A DNA stretch of 47,905 bases. Source: Methanomassiliicoccaceae archaeon (GTDB taxonomy: Archaea > Thermoplasmatota > Thermoplasmata > Methanomassiliicoccales > Methanomassiliicoccaceae). The stretch spans positions 1 to 47,905 of the forward strand of contig CAVSJV010000006.1 of assembly GCA_963728405.1 (NCBI GenBank), written 5' to 3'. The notes under the pieces were generated by a model, which did not search any database, was not told the origin of the DNA, and saw only the letters and a program-made list of their open reading frames with translations. The translations under genes and the position numbers were made by a program. Of this stretch, positions 19,187-28,267 are shown one piece after another. Every line of letters begins with the position of its first letter. Within the stretch, counting starts at the first letter, position 1.

Positions 19187-19264
19187 GGACCCCCGTACCT
19201 GGCGATAAATTCCGGCAAATTAATTAAATAGGCACATTTCACTCCGAACCGCTGGAAGGAAATC

Positions 19265-19843
19265 ATGAGCAAGACCCTCGAGAACCTAGCAAAGGCTTTC
19301 ATCGGAGAAAGCCAGGCCAGGAACCGTTATTCCATGTTCGCTTCGGTCGCCCGCAAGGAAGGCTACGAGCAGATCGGGGAGATCTTCCAGCTGACCGCAG
19401 ACCAGGAGAAGGAACATGCATCTCATTTGTACAAGTACCTCGCCAAACTGAAGGGCCAGGGCATGTTCGAGAAGATCATGGTCGAGGCCGAGGTACCAGT
19501 GGCCTATGGCAAGACCTCGGAGAACCTGAGGGCCGCCATCGCCGGGGAGAACTACGAGCACACCATCATGTACCCGGAGTTCGCCGACACTGCCGACGCC
19601 GAAGGCTACAGCGATATCGCCACCCGGATGAGGGCCATCGCCAAGGCCGAGGAGCATCACGAGCAACGCTACACCAAGCTGCTGAAGGTCGTGGAGTCGG
19701 GAACGATATTCAAGAAGGACCAGCCGGTCTGGTGGGTCTGCCGCGAGTGCGGCTACATGCACTACGGCATCGAGCCGCCCGAGCTCTGCCCATCCTGCGA
19801 CCATGCCCGGTCGTTCTACCAAAGGATGTGTGAAGAGTACTGA
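19265..19843 (+). CDS. rbr: Rubrerythrin
   Basis: AFIGESQARNRY, EKEHA, GENYE, EEHH; C-terminal CRECGY..CPSC rubredoxin site. Confidence 0.96.
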   Translation: MSKTLENLAKAFIGESQARNRYSMFASVARKEGYEQIGEIFQLTADQEKEHASHLYKYLAKLKGQGMFEKIMVEAEVPVAYGKTSENLRAAIAGENYEHTIMYPEFADTADAEGYSDIATRMRAIAKAEEHHEQRYTKLLKVVESGTIFKKDQPVWWVCRECGYMHYGIEPPELCPSCDHARSFYQRMCEEY

Positions 19844-19902
19844 TATTTGTTCTCTTTCACCGATAAACATTTTAATATTATTAATTATTATATTATTACT
19901 TG

Positions 19903-20808
19903 TAAAAAGTCTGACCTATCCTCAACACGGATTCTCGTTTGAATCTGAGGATAATAGCGATTAGTAAAGTCGGCAGAGTAAAAGTTGTCCTACAGCGACC
20001 TATTATGGGAAAAATAAAAACTCTTACAATTAAAAGAGCATCAACTGAGAAATGGTATGCGATTATCACATCCGAAATGAATGTCGAACCAAGACATAAT
20101 TTAACAAAGAATGAAGTTGGCGTAGATCTCGGAATAGATCCTTTTGCTACATTCTCCGATGGTAAAGTGATTGAAAAAATCAGCATATATGGGTCAATGG
20201 AAAAGCATATCGCTCGTTGTTATAGGCAGCTAACAAGAAAGACAATTGGAGGGAGTAACTGGAATAAGGCAAGAATTAGATCGTCCAGATTTCACGAAAC
20301 TGTAAAGAATATCCATGTTGACTTTTTGCACAAAACAAGTAACAATATGATCAACAACTATGGTCCAATACATATCGAATCGTTGCACATATCAAAATAT
20401 CTAAAAATCATCGTTTTTCGAAATCAATTATAGATAGTTCCTGGGGGAATTTTATTAAGATGCTGACGTACAAGGCTGAAAGTGCTGGTACCTCAGTAAT
20501 TGCAGGAGTTCCATATGGTCCGACGACAAAAACCTGCTCCTTGTGCGGTAGTAAAAGGTCAATAAATTTTTGGGAAAAGACATATATATGCTTCAATTGC
20601 GGTCTAATCATAAATCGAGATTTAAACGCCGCAATAAACATTTTAAATAATACATCTAGGGCTGGGCGAGCCCGAAGTCACGCCCGGGGAGATTGGACCT
20701 TCGTTTCTCCACAATGGGATTAACGAGTCCGGTCGTTGAACCAGGAACTATAGTCGGGAAAGGAGAATCCCGTTGGAATATCCATCTGTTGAATGGAGAG
20801 GATGCCAC
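19903..20808 (+). mobile_element. tnpB: IS200/IS605-family TnpB remnant (N-terminally truncated, frameshifted) with its right end
   Basis: AT-rich block; SLTYPQ.GF, GVDLGI, IESL, SWG.F..ML.YKAE, CSLCG..CFNCG..RDLNAAINI; 3' GTCGTTGAACCAGGAAC...hairpin...GGATGCCAC end. Confidence 0.85.
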
Positions 20809-20842
20809 CGGCGGTAGTCAGAAGAATACTAGGAGGATTGAA

Positions 20843-21217
20843 ATGACAACTTTGAACGAGATCTACAAGTGCACCGTGTGCGGGAATATGGTCGAAGTAG
20901 TGCATGCCAACGTGGGAACGATGGTCTGCGACGGCCAGCCCATGGTCAAGCAGGTCGAGAACACCACCGACGCCTCGAGAGAGAAGCATGTGCCGGTCGT
21001 GGAGAAGACCGCCACGGGCATCCTGGTCAAGATCGGCAGCGTGCCGCACCCCATGGAGGAGAAGCACCACATCGAGTGGATCGAGGTCATCGCCGACGGT
21101 AAGACCATGCGCGCCTACCTCCACCCCGGCATGAAGCCCGAGGCCGAGTTCCCCTGCACGGCGGCGACGTTCACCGTCCGGGAGTGGTGTAACGTCCATG
21201 GCCTTTGGAAGGCCTGA
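20843..21217 (+). CDS. dfx: Desulfoferrodoxin (2Fe superoxide reductase)
   Basis: YKCTVCGN, EKHVP, HPM...H.IEWI, CNVHGLW. Confidence 0.93.
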   Translation: MTTLNEIYKCTVCGNMVEVVHANVGTMVCDGQPMVKQVENTTDASREKHVPVVEKTATGILVKIGSVPHPMEEKHHIEWIEVIADGKTMRAYLHPGMKPEAEFPCTAATFTVREWCNVHGLWKA

Positions 21218-21325
21218 TCAGCAAGGCCGCAAACTCCTTCCATGTTTCTTCTTTTTCAGGCGATTAGGCTTATTATCACCTTGTTCATAATGCCCCTAGT
21301 CACAGTGTAACATGGTGGTAAAAAT

Positions 21326-22483
21326 ATGGAGACCATAGCCCCCCGGATCGGAGTGTTCTTTTGCGATTGCGGTGAGACCATCGATGGCCTTCTCGATTTC
21401 GGGAAGCTGAGGGTGTACGCCAAGGGCTTGGATGGCGTCGCCTATGTCGAGGAAGATCGCTTCATGTGCTCTCCCCAGTCGTCGAAGCGTATCGCTGAGA
21501 TGGTCAAGAAGCACAACCTGGACCGTCTGGTCATCGCCGCCTGTTCCCCTCGCATCTACCTGGACGAGTTCCGCGAGGCGGCCAAGAACGCCGGCCTGAA
21601 CCCATACATGGTCGAGCAAACGAACCTCCGGGAGCAGGTCGCCTGGATCCACTCCAAGGACGCTATCACCGCCACTGAAAAGGCGAAGGACATGCTGAAC
21701 ATGTCAGTGGCCCGTTCCAAGAAGATGCAGCCGGCGACGCAAGCGCCCGGCGCGGTCGTCCGGGAGGACCTGTGCTCCGGCTGCGGCGTGTGCGCCTCGA
21801 CCTGCCGCCAGGGAGCCATCTCTTTCAAGGAGACGGGACCGAACCAGCGCATCGCCCAGGTGGACCGCTCGGAGTGCAAGGCCTGCGGCGCCTGCGCGGC
21901 CGCCTGTCCGGCCGGGGCCATGAACCTGGAAGGGTTCTCCAACGAGGAGGTGGTCGCCGAGATCGATGCCTTCTCCAAGGGACTGATCGAATCCAAAGAA
22001 CCGTTCCCGGCCATCCTGGTGTTCGCCTGCCATTGGTGCTCGTACCCCGCGGCCGACCTGGCCGGGCTCAAGCGACTGCAGATCGACGCTCGCTTCCGCC
22101 TCATCCGCACCCCGTGCTCTGCCCGGGTGGACCCGGAATGGGTGCTGCGGGCCCTATCGAGGGGCGTCGACGGCGTCCTCGTCCTGGGAGGGAAGGAAGG
22201 GCAGTGCCACTATCAAGGTGGCAATGTGCGCACCAGGAACCGCATGGCCCTCCTTACTCGTGTGCTTGACCAGCTGGGCTTCGACACCGAGCGGTTCGAG
22301 GTGGAGTGGGTCAACCCCGACGAGCCGCAACACTTCCGCACGATCATCAACGACTTCGTCAAGAAGATCGCCGAGATCGGCCCGAACCCCATGCGCGCCC
22401 CCGAGCCAGAGGACGTGATGACCTCGGCGCTGAGGCACGGCCGTGATGAGGTCGTCCACCCCGCATACGACTGGAAGGTATGA
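21326..22483 (+). CDS. HdrA N-terminal domain + 2[4Fe-4S] ferredoxin + MvhD fusion
   Basis: RIGVFFCDCG..MCS..AACSPR..NLREQ.AW.H; two CxxCxxCxxxC motifs; ACHWCSY..RTPCSARVD..CHY..ER. Confidence 0.85.
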   Translation: METIAPRIGVFFCDCGETIDGLLDFGKLRVYAKGLDGVAYVEEDRFMCSPQSSKRIAEMVKKHNLDRLVIAACSPRIYLDEFREAAKNAGLNPYMVEQTNLREQVAWIHSKDAITATEKAKDMLNMSVARSKKMQPATQAPGAVVREDLCSGCGVCASTCRQGAISFKETGPNQRIAQVDRSECKACGACAAACPAGAMNLEGFSNEEVVAEIDAFSKGLIESKEPFPAILVFACHWCSYPAADLAGLKRLQIDARFRLIRTPCSARVDPEWVLRALSRGVDGVLVLGGKEGQCHYQGGNVRTRNRMALLTRVLDQLGFDTERFEVEWVNPDEPQHFRTIINDFVKKIAEIGPNPMRAPEPEDVMTSALRHGRDEVVHPAYDWKV

Positions 22484-22820
22484 GCGACGCTCGTTGATGC
22501 CCGCGACTGAAGGTTCGTCCCGAAGGGAGTCGCCGGTATCCACGAGGTCCGTCTCCGGTCGAGTTGGGCGAGTATGTCCTCAAGAAGAGGGGGGGCCGCC
22601 GTCGGCGTCACCTGCAGGAGCTAGCGGTCCCCCCTCACAACAGGGCTGGCGGTCTTCTGACCGGGTCCAGATATCGCCCGACAGAAATTTTCCGAGGCCG
22701 TGAGAGTATAATGATCGATACTTCTATCTTGTTAGACTCTTCGAGAGGGTTCATGCATCTTTATCTTATTGGATAATATACATAGCGGTCCGAAGTGACA
22801 ATGGTCGGAAGAAGGAAAGA

Positions 22821-25022
22821 ATGATGGTCGCTGAAGAGAAGGAAACCTGTTATCGTTCCCTGTTCGAGAATAGCTTTGATGCCATTTTACTTACCCAACC
22901 GGACGGAAGCATCCTGTCGGCGAACCCTGCAGCCTGCCGAATGTTCGGCATGACCGAAGAAGAGCTAACTGGAATGAGATGGGAAATGATCGTCGTTGAT
23001 GACGAAAAGCTCGACCGTGCCCTACGAGGGCGAGAACTGCGGGGTACAGCCACCGCGAAGCTGACCTTAAAACGAAAGGAGGGGACGACCTTTGTTGGAG
23101 AGGTCACCACCAACCTGTTCACTGATGCTGTTGGTAGCACCAGGGCCAGCATGATCATACGGGACATCACGGAACGGCAGCGGGCCGAGGAGATGCTGCA
23201 CGACTCCGAAGAGAAGTTCGCCAAGGCGTTCTATGGGAACGTCTCCGCCATGGCCATCATGCGCTTGGAGGATGGCTGCATCCTCGATGCCAACGAAAGG
23301 TGGCTTGCCTTCTATGGCTGCATCCGGAGTGAGATCATCGGCCGAACTGCCGCTGAGCACCGTCTTTGGTATTCTCCTGAAGAACGAAAGAGGATGCTCA
23401 GCGAGTTACAGAAACAAGGTCATTTCCGCGATTTGGAGTTCAAGTTCGTCAGGAAGAACGGTGAGGTATGGATCGGCCTCATGTCGTCGCAGATGATCAT
23501 GCTTCATGGGGAGAAGGTCGTCCTCACCTCATTGTTGGACATCACCAAGCGCAAGAAAGCGGAGAAAGCGCTCAAGGAGAGCGAGGAGAAGTACCGCCAC
23601 CTGTTCGAGACGGTGCAGGAGGTCTTTTACATCGATCGGCTCCTTTACGACGAGCAGGGTAAGGTCATCGACTGGATCTTCGAGGACATGAACCCGGCGG
23701 GCTTTGCGCTACTGGGTCTCGGATCCATCGAAGAGGCCAAAGGACGGAGAGGCTCCGAGGTGCTCGGCCGCAAGGCGGCGTCCTTCTATCTGCCCATGAT
23801 CGAGGAAGCAAGACGTTCGAGCGAGGCGGTGACGTTCCAGTACTCTAGCCCTTGTGTGGACAAGGACTTCATCACTTCGTATGTGGTCCATGGTGACCTC
23901 CTGATCTCCGCCCAGATGGATATCACCGCCATCAAATGCGCGCAGATGGCGGTAGGGGAGAGCGAACAGCGCCTGCGGACCCACGTCGAAAATTCACCCA
24001 TGGCCGTGATGGAATGGGATGCTAACTTCATCGTTACCAGATGGGCCGGCGAGGCCGAGAAGCTGTTCGGCTGGAGCCCCGAAGAGGTCGTGGGCAAACC
24101 GATAATGGGCCTGAACCTGGTCTACCCGGAGGACATTCCTATCGTGGAGAGGACGATGGCGAAGCTGACCGATGGCGTCAGCGTGAAGGTGGTGTCCTCG
24201 AACCGGAACTTCTCTAAGGATGGTAGGGTGTTATACTGCACCTGGTACAACACCGTCATTTATGATGAGCGGGGCCGGATGAGCTCCGTCCTATCGCTGG
24301 TGCTCGACAACACCGCACGAGTGAAGGCCGAGGAGGACCTTAAGCGCTCCAATGTCGAGCTGCAGCAGTTCGCCTACGTCGCCTCCCACGATCTGCAGGA
24401 ACCGCTGCGGATGGTGACCACCTACCTGGGTCTTCTTAACAAGAAGTACGGCGATGAGCTCAACGATCGGGCCAAGGGCTATATGGCCTATGCCGTTGAC
24501 GGTGCGGAGCGCATGAGGGGGCTCATCAATGATCTGCTGCAATACTCCCGCATCGAGACCCAGGGTATGGAGTTCTCGGCCGTGGACCTGAACCAGGTCG
24601 CCGAACGCGTGATCGACATGATGCACTTGTCGATCAAGGAGAACAAAGCAGTAGTGACCGTGAAGCACCTGCCGACCGTTCGTGGCGATGCGACCCAACT
24701 ACCTCAGTTGCTGCAGAACCTCATCAGCAACGCCATCAAGTTCCACGGTCCCGAGCCACCGATCGTAGAGATCTCAGCCCATCACCGATACTATGAATGG
24801 ATCATCGCCGTCAAGGACAACGGCATCGGCATCGATCCGAAGTATCACGATAACCTGTTCAAGATGTTCCATCGCCTCCACACCGAACGGGAGTACCCGG
24901 GGACCGGGATCGGCCTGGCCATCAGCAAGAAGATCGTCGAACGGCATGGCGGCCGCATCTGGGTCGAGTCGGACGGCAAGAACGGTTCGACATTCTACTT
25001 CACCATCCCAGTTCGTAGCTGA
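22821..25022 (+). CDS. Multi-PAS sensor histidine kinase
   Basis: Four PAS-like repeats; ASHDLQEPL H-box, NAIKF, DNGIG, GTGIGL. Confidence 0.93.
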   Translation: MMVAEEKETCYRSLFENSFDAILLTQPDGSILSANPAACRMFGMTEEELTGMRWEMIVVDDEKLDRALRGRELRGTATAKLTLKRKEGTTFVGEVTTNLFTDAVGSTRASMIIRDITERQRAEEMLHDSEEKFAKAFYGNVSAMAIMRLEDGCILDANERWLAFYGCIRSEIIGRTAAEHRLWYSPEERKRMLSELQKQGHFRDLEFKFVRKNGEVWIGLMSSQMIMLHGEKVVLTSLLDITKRKKAEKALKESEEKYRHLFETVQEVFYIDRLLYDEQGKVIDWIFEDMNPAGFALLGLGSIEEAKGRRGSEVLGRKAASFYLPMIEEARRSSEAVTFQYSSPCVDKDFITSYVVHGDLLISAQMDITAIKCAQMAVGESEQRLRTHVENSPMAVMEWDANFIVTRWAGEAEKLFGWSPEEVVGKPIMGLNLVYPEDIPIVERTMAKLTDGVSVKVVSSNRNFSKDGRVLYCTWYNTVIYDERGRMSSVLSLVLDNTARVKAEEDLKRSNVELQQFAYVASHDLQEPLRMVTTYLGLLNKKYGDELNDRAKGYMAYAVDGAERMRGLINDLLQYSRIETQGMEFSAVDLNQVAERVIDMMHLSIKENKAVVTVKHLPTVRGDATQLPQLLQNLISNAIKFHGPEPPIVEISAHHRYYEWIIAVKDNGIGIDPKYHDNLFKMFHRLHTEREYPGTGIGLAISKKIVERHGGRIWVESDGKNGSTFYFTIPVRS
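24906..24991 (+). repeat. 86-bp exact repeat, second copy at 27425-27510, in the G2-box region of two kinases
   Basis: GGGATCGGCCTGGCC...AACGGTTCGAC identical in both genes. Confidence 0.85.
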
Positions 25023-25196
25023 GCGGCCTGTAGAACCGTGTGTCGGCGATCGGAGCATCGGCGGCCGTCCCCGTCGAGTGGCCGAGCACCCGAATGCGGC
25101 GAGGAGATACTGGACCGGTCGGTCGCTCAACGAGGCCACTATCCTCTAACAAGATAACAATAAATATGACATGGTGACGTGAAATCAACGATAACT

Positions 25197-25394
25197 ATGG
25201 CCGAAGGATTGCAGTTCATCTGTCCGGTGTGCAGTTTCACCGTGATCACGCCCAAGGGAGAAGAGGACCTAATGAAGCATGTGCAGATGCACAAGCAGGA
25301 CTTCCATGGCGACATGGAGATGACGCCGGAGCAGGTGGCGAGCCGGGTAAAGGCCGTCAACATGCCGGAGCCGATGAAGCAGAAGACGATGTGA
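25197..25394 (+). CDS. DUF1059-like small metal-binding protein
   Basis: CPVC.F.....EEDLM.HV..H...H. Confidence 0.6.
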   Translation: MAEGLQFICPVCSFTVITPKGEEDLMKHVQMHKQDFHGDMEMTPEQVASRVKAVNMPEPMKQKTM

Positions 25395-25615
25395 GCACCC
25401 CGAATCTTTTTTTTATAAAACGTGGGGTCGTCGAGCATCTCCATAGTATCGAGGAGATGCCACACATTTCCTACGACATGCTGCACTTCCTCCGTTGCGA
25501 TGTGTGGCAGGAGAGCACGGCACGTTCGCAGCGTCAGGAATCTCATTCCCCGTAATTCGAGCGAGATAGTTTTATCATTACGAATAATATCGTCCCGAAA
25601 CAGTGGCACGATATT

Positions 25616-26002
25616 ATGAAACCCCTTTACGTCGATGATTGCATCAGTATCCTTGAGCTGGTGGACCATTGTTTTTGCGGCCTGGGCGATCTCCAGGTGT
25701 TGGTGACCGATGATGCGGGCAAAGCTCTACGCCTGGTCGAGGACGGCGCCGTCGACCTGGTCGCCTGCGAGTACGACCTCCGCCCGTTCGGTGGGCTCTC
25801 GCTGTTCCAAGCGGTGCGAGACCTGATCCCGAACATGCCGTTCGTGTTCGTTACCTCGTACCCGCCACCCCAACGACTGATCGAACTGTTGCGATCGGAG
25901 TGGAACGTCCGGGTGGTCTACAAGAGCCGGCCCCGTAGTAGCTTCCTGCCGGCACTACGGTCGGCCTTCGTTGCCGCTCACGAAGAAAAGCTCAAGCCCT
26001 GA
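25616..26002 (+). CDS. Stand-alone receiver-like domain (atypical)
   Basis: LYVDD, DLVACEY, G.SL, PF.FVT, K. Confidence 0.7.
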   Translation: MKPLYVDDCISILELVDHCFCGLGDLQVLVTDDAGKALRLVEDGAVDLVACEYDLRPFGGLSLFQAVRDLIPNMPFVFVTSYPPPQRLIELLRSEWNVRVVYKSRPRSSFLPALRSAFVAAHEEKLKP

Positions 26003-26264
26003 TCAGCACTGGCCGGCCGTCGGCATCGGCGGCCTTAGTGATCTTGGCGCCGCAGTTCGGACACACGCCCCGGAGCCCCCTGATTGCGACCTTTGTGTCG
26101 CAGCGCGGACAGGTGAGCGGGGACGTCGTGCTCCCCTTTTCGCCCTCCTCGATGAGGGCCATCATGGCCTCGGAAATGCTTCTCTTCCTAAGCTCTCCGC
26201 CGCAATGAGGGCAGCGCTCGAGGTCGTTGGCATGTTCGCATTCACAATCGACGCAGACTTTCAT
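25992..26264 (-). CDS. Double zinc-ribbon protein
   Basis: CVDC, CPHC, CPRC, CPNC. Confidence 0.65.
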   Translation of the reverse strand: MKVCVDCECEHANDLERCPHCGGELRKRSISEAMMALIEEGEKGSTTSPLTCPRCDTKVAIRGLRGVCPNCGAKITKAADADGRPVLIRA

Positions 26265-26416
26265 TTATCCCTCGTAGGAATACTAATCGGCTTAACAGGG
26301 ATATAATGAACACGAAGGTCGAGTTACCTGCGTTTCAGGACCATCGAGAACGTCCTCACCTAAAATATAAGTGATTCCCTTATATATGTCTGAATAGCTT
26401 TTAATTAAAAGTCCTT

Positions 26417-27589
26417 ATGCCGAACGAAAGAAACAATGAGGATGTCCGCCACCGAGCCGAGGAACTTGAGGTGGTGATGGATATTGTTCCCTCGGCCATA
26501 TTTGTCGCCCTCGATGCAGATTGCAGCATTATCACTGGCAATAAGATGGCCAACCGGCTGTACGAGGCGAATGAGGGTGAGAACCTCTCGGCCGGCTCGG
26601 CCATAAACGGGGGGTGGGACAAGACCCGTCGCTTCTTCAAGGATGGCCGTGAGCTTCGGCCGGGTGAACTGCCGATGCAACAGGCCGTCGCTATGGGTCG
26701 AGAGGTCAAGGACGTCGAGATCGAGATCCTTCTACCGAGTGGCAACAGGAGGACCATGCGGGGCAATGCCTGCCCGCTGTTCAACGACCGAGGTCAAGTC
26801 CGAGGGGCCGTGGCCTCGTTCTTGGACATCACCGATCGCCAGAGGATGGAGGAGGAGCTAAGACGCTCCAACGCCGAACTGCAGCAGTACTCGTGCGTGG
26901 CCAGTCACGATCTGCAGGAACCGCTGCGGATGGTGACCACCTACCTGAACCTCCTGAAGAGGAGGTATGGGGATCAACTCGACGAGAAGGCCAAGGAATA
27001 TTTGGACTTCGCCGTGGATGGTGGGGAAAGGATGAAGGCCCTGATCATCGACCTCCTGGAATACTCCAAGATCGATACGAAGGGCAAGGAGTTCGCCCCG
27101 GTGAACATGAACGAGGTCCTGGATGGCGTTAAGAAAATGCTCAAGGCCCCCATCCACGAGAACAAGGCCGAGATCATGGCCGAGCCTCTTCCGACCATAT
27201 CTGCCGATGTGCTGCAAATGGCCCAGTTGGTCCAGAACCTAGTGGGAAACGCCATCAAGTTCCACGGCCCCAAGCCGCCGAAGGTTCGAATTTCCGTTTC
27301 AGAAAGCGCTACGGAATGGACCTTTGCGGTCAAGGACAACGGCATCGGCATCGATCCAAAAAATAACAAGAAACTCTTCCAGATGTTCAATCGTCTCCAC
27401 ACCAGAAAGGAGTACTCAGGAACGGGGATCGGCCTGGCCATCAGCAAGAAGATCGTCGAACGGCATGGCGGCCGCATCTGGGTCGAGTCGGACGGCAAGA
27501 ACGGTTCGACCTTCCTTTTTACCATACCTAGGATCGGGAGGGATTTAGATGAACGGGCCCCTCCAGGCCCCGCCCATCGAGCACAGTGA
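26417..27589 (+). CDS. PAS sensor histidine kinase
   Basis: One PAS domain; ASHDLQEPL, NAIKF, DNGIG, GTGIGL. Confidence 0.92.
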   Translation: MPNERNNEDVRHRAEELEVVMDIVPSAIFVALDADCSIITGNKMANRLYEANEGENLSAGSAINGGWDKTRRFFKDGRELRPGELPMQQAVAMGREVKDVEIEILLPSGNRRTMRGNACPLFNDRGQVRGAVASFLDITDRQRMEEELRRSNAELQQYSCVASHDLQEPLRMVTTYLNLLKRRYGDQLDEKAKEYLDFAVDGGERMKALIIDLLEYSKIDTKGKEFAPVNMNEVLDGVKKMLKAPIHENKAEIMAEPLPTISADVLQMAQLVQNLVGNAIKFHGPKPPKVRISVSESATEWTFAVKDNGIGIDPKNNKKLFQMFNRLHTRKEYSGTGIGLAISKKIVERHGGRIWVESDGKNGSTFLFTIPRIGRDLDERAPPGPAHRAQ

Positions 27590-27730
27590 TGATGTTCATC
27601 CGGCTGAGGACGAGAGACCGATCGGCCCCTTAGGGGTTGGAGCGGGGTCCTAGCCTCCCTCCCAGTTTTTGCCCTCCTCGACCGAACGATAAAAATATTG
27701 CCCGCTCCCAAGCATTCTCGAGGTTTGAGA

Positions 27731-28033
27731 ATGCAAGGCGGATCGGACGAACGGAGACGACGCAGGCGATATGGACCGATGGGGGCGCGGTGGCCGCCCT
27801 GGATGGACCCCCGGTTCAGTCCCCCGCCCGAGGTGTTCTATCCCGGCTTCAATCCCTGGAATCCCTTCACTCCCCCCATGGCTCGCCGTCCGGAGGACGA
27901 GGTCACCATGCTGCAGGAGGAGCTGGAGGACCTGGAGGATGAGAAGATCGAGGTGGAGAGGGCGATCGAGGACATCAAGAAGGAGATCGACCGGAAGAAG
28001 CGGGACATGCGGGAGCAGTCGGACGTGCGGTGA
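27731..28033 (+). CDS. Pro-rich protein with an acidic coiled coil (DUF5320-like)
   Basis: Arg run, Pro/aromatic-rich middle, EDE..ML.EE.E.LE.....I..I..EI heptads. Confidence 0.55.
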   Translation: MQGGSDERRRRRRYGPMGARWPPWMDPRFSPPPEVFYPGFNPWNPFTPPMARRPEDEVTMLQEELEDLEDEKIEVERAIEDIKKEIDRKKRDMREQSDVR

Positions 28034-28267
28034 TCCTGCTCTGTCCAGTTTTTCTGGGTATTCTTTAATGTTCCCTCTTATTGTAAGGGGGGTACTTGGC
28101 ATGATATAATGCAAGCCTTCCTATTATGCCGCCTTTATCTTTTGGAATAGGGCCGAGGCTGTGCACTGTCTGCTCCGTTGTCGAGTACAAAAATATCCAG
28201 TATAATTATATGTTTTTGGGCTTTCATCACCCGACGAACTCAGCATCTTTGAGCCCGAGGTCGTACC

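Noticed and set aside
20431-20433. Pyrrolysine (TAG) read-through in tnpB or in other TAG-ending genes
   Set aside because: The TnpB sequence continues in a different frame rather than through the TAG; the other TAG stops examined fall at natural protein ends
20693-20842. N-terminal extension of desulfoferrodoxin
   Set aside because: It is mostly the IS right end read in frame by chance; an ATG with GGAGG lies at 20843
22507-22530. Hammerhead ribozyme core
   Set aside because: CTGAAGG...GAAGG does not match the CUGANGA/GAAA consensus
22481-22546. SECIS element / selenocysteine in the HdrA-MvhD gene
   Set aside because: No in-frame TGA at a Cys position; the TGA is at the natural end of the protein
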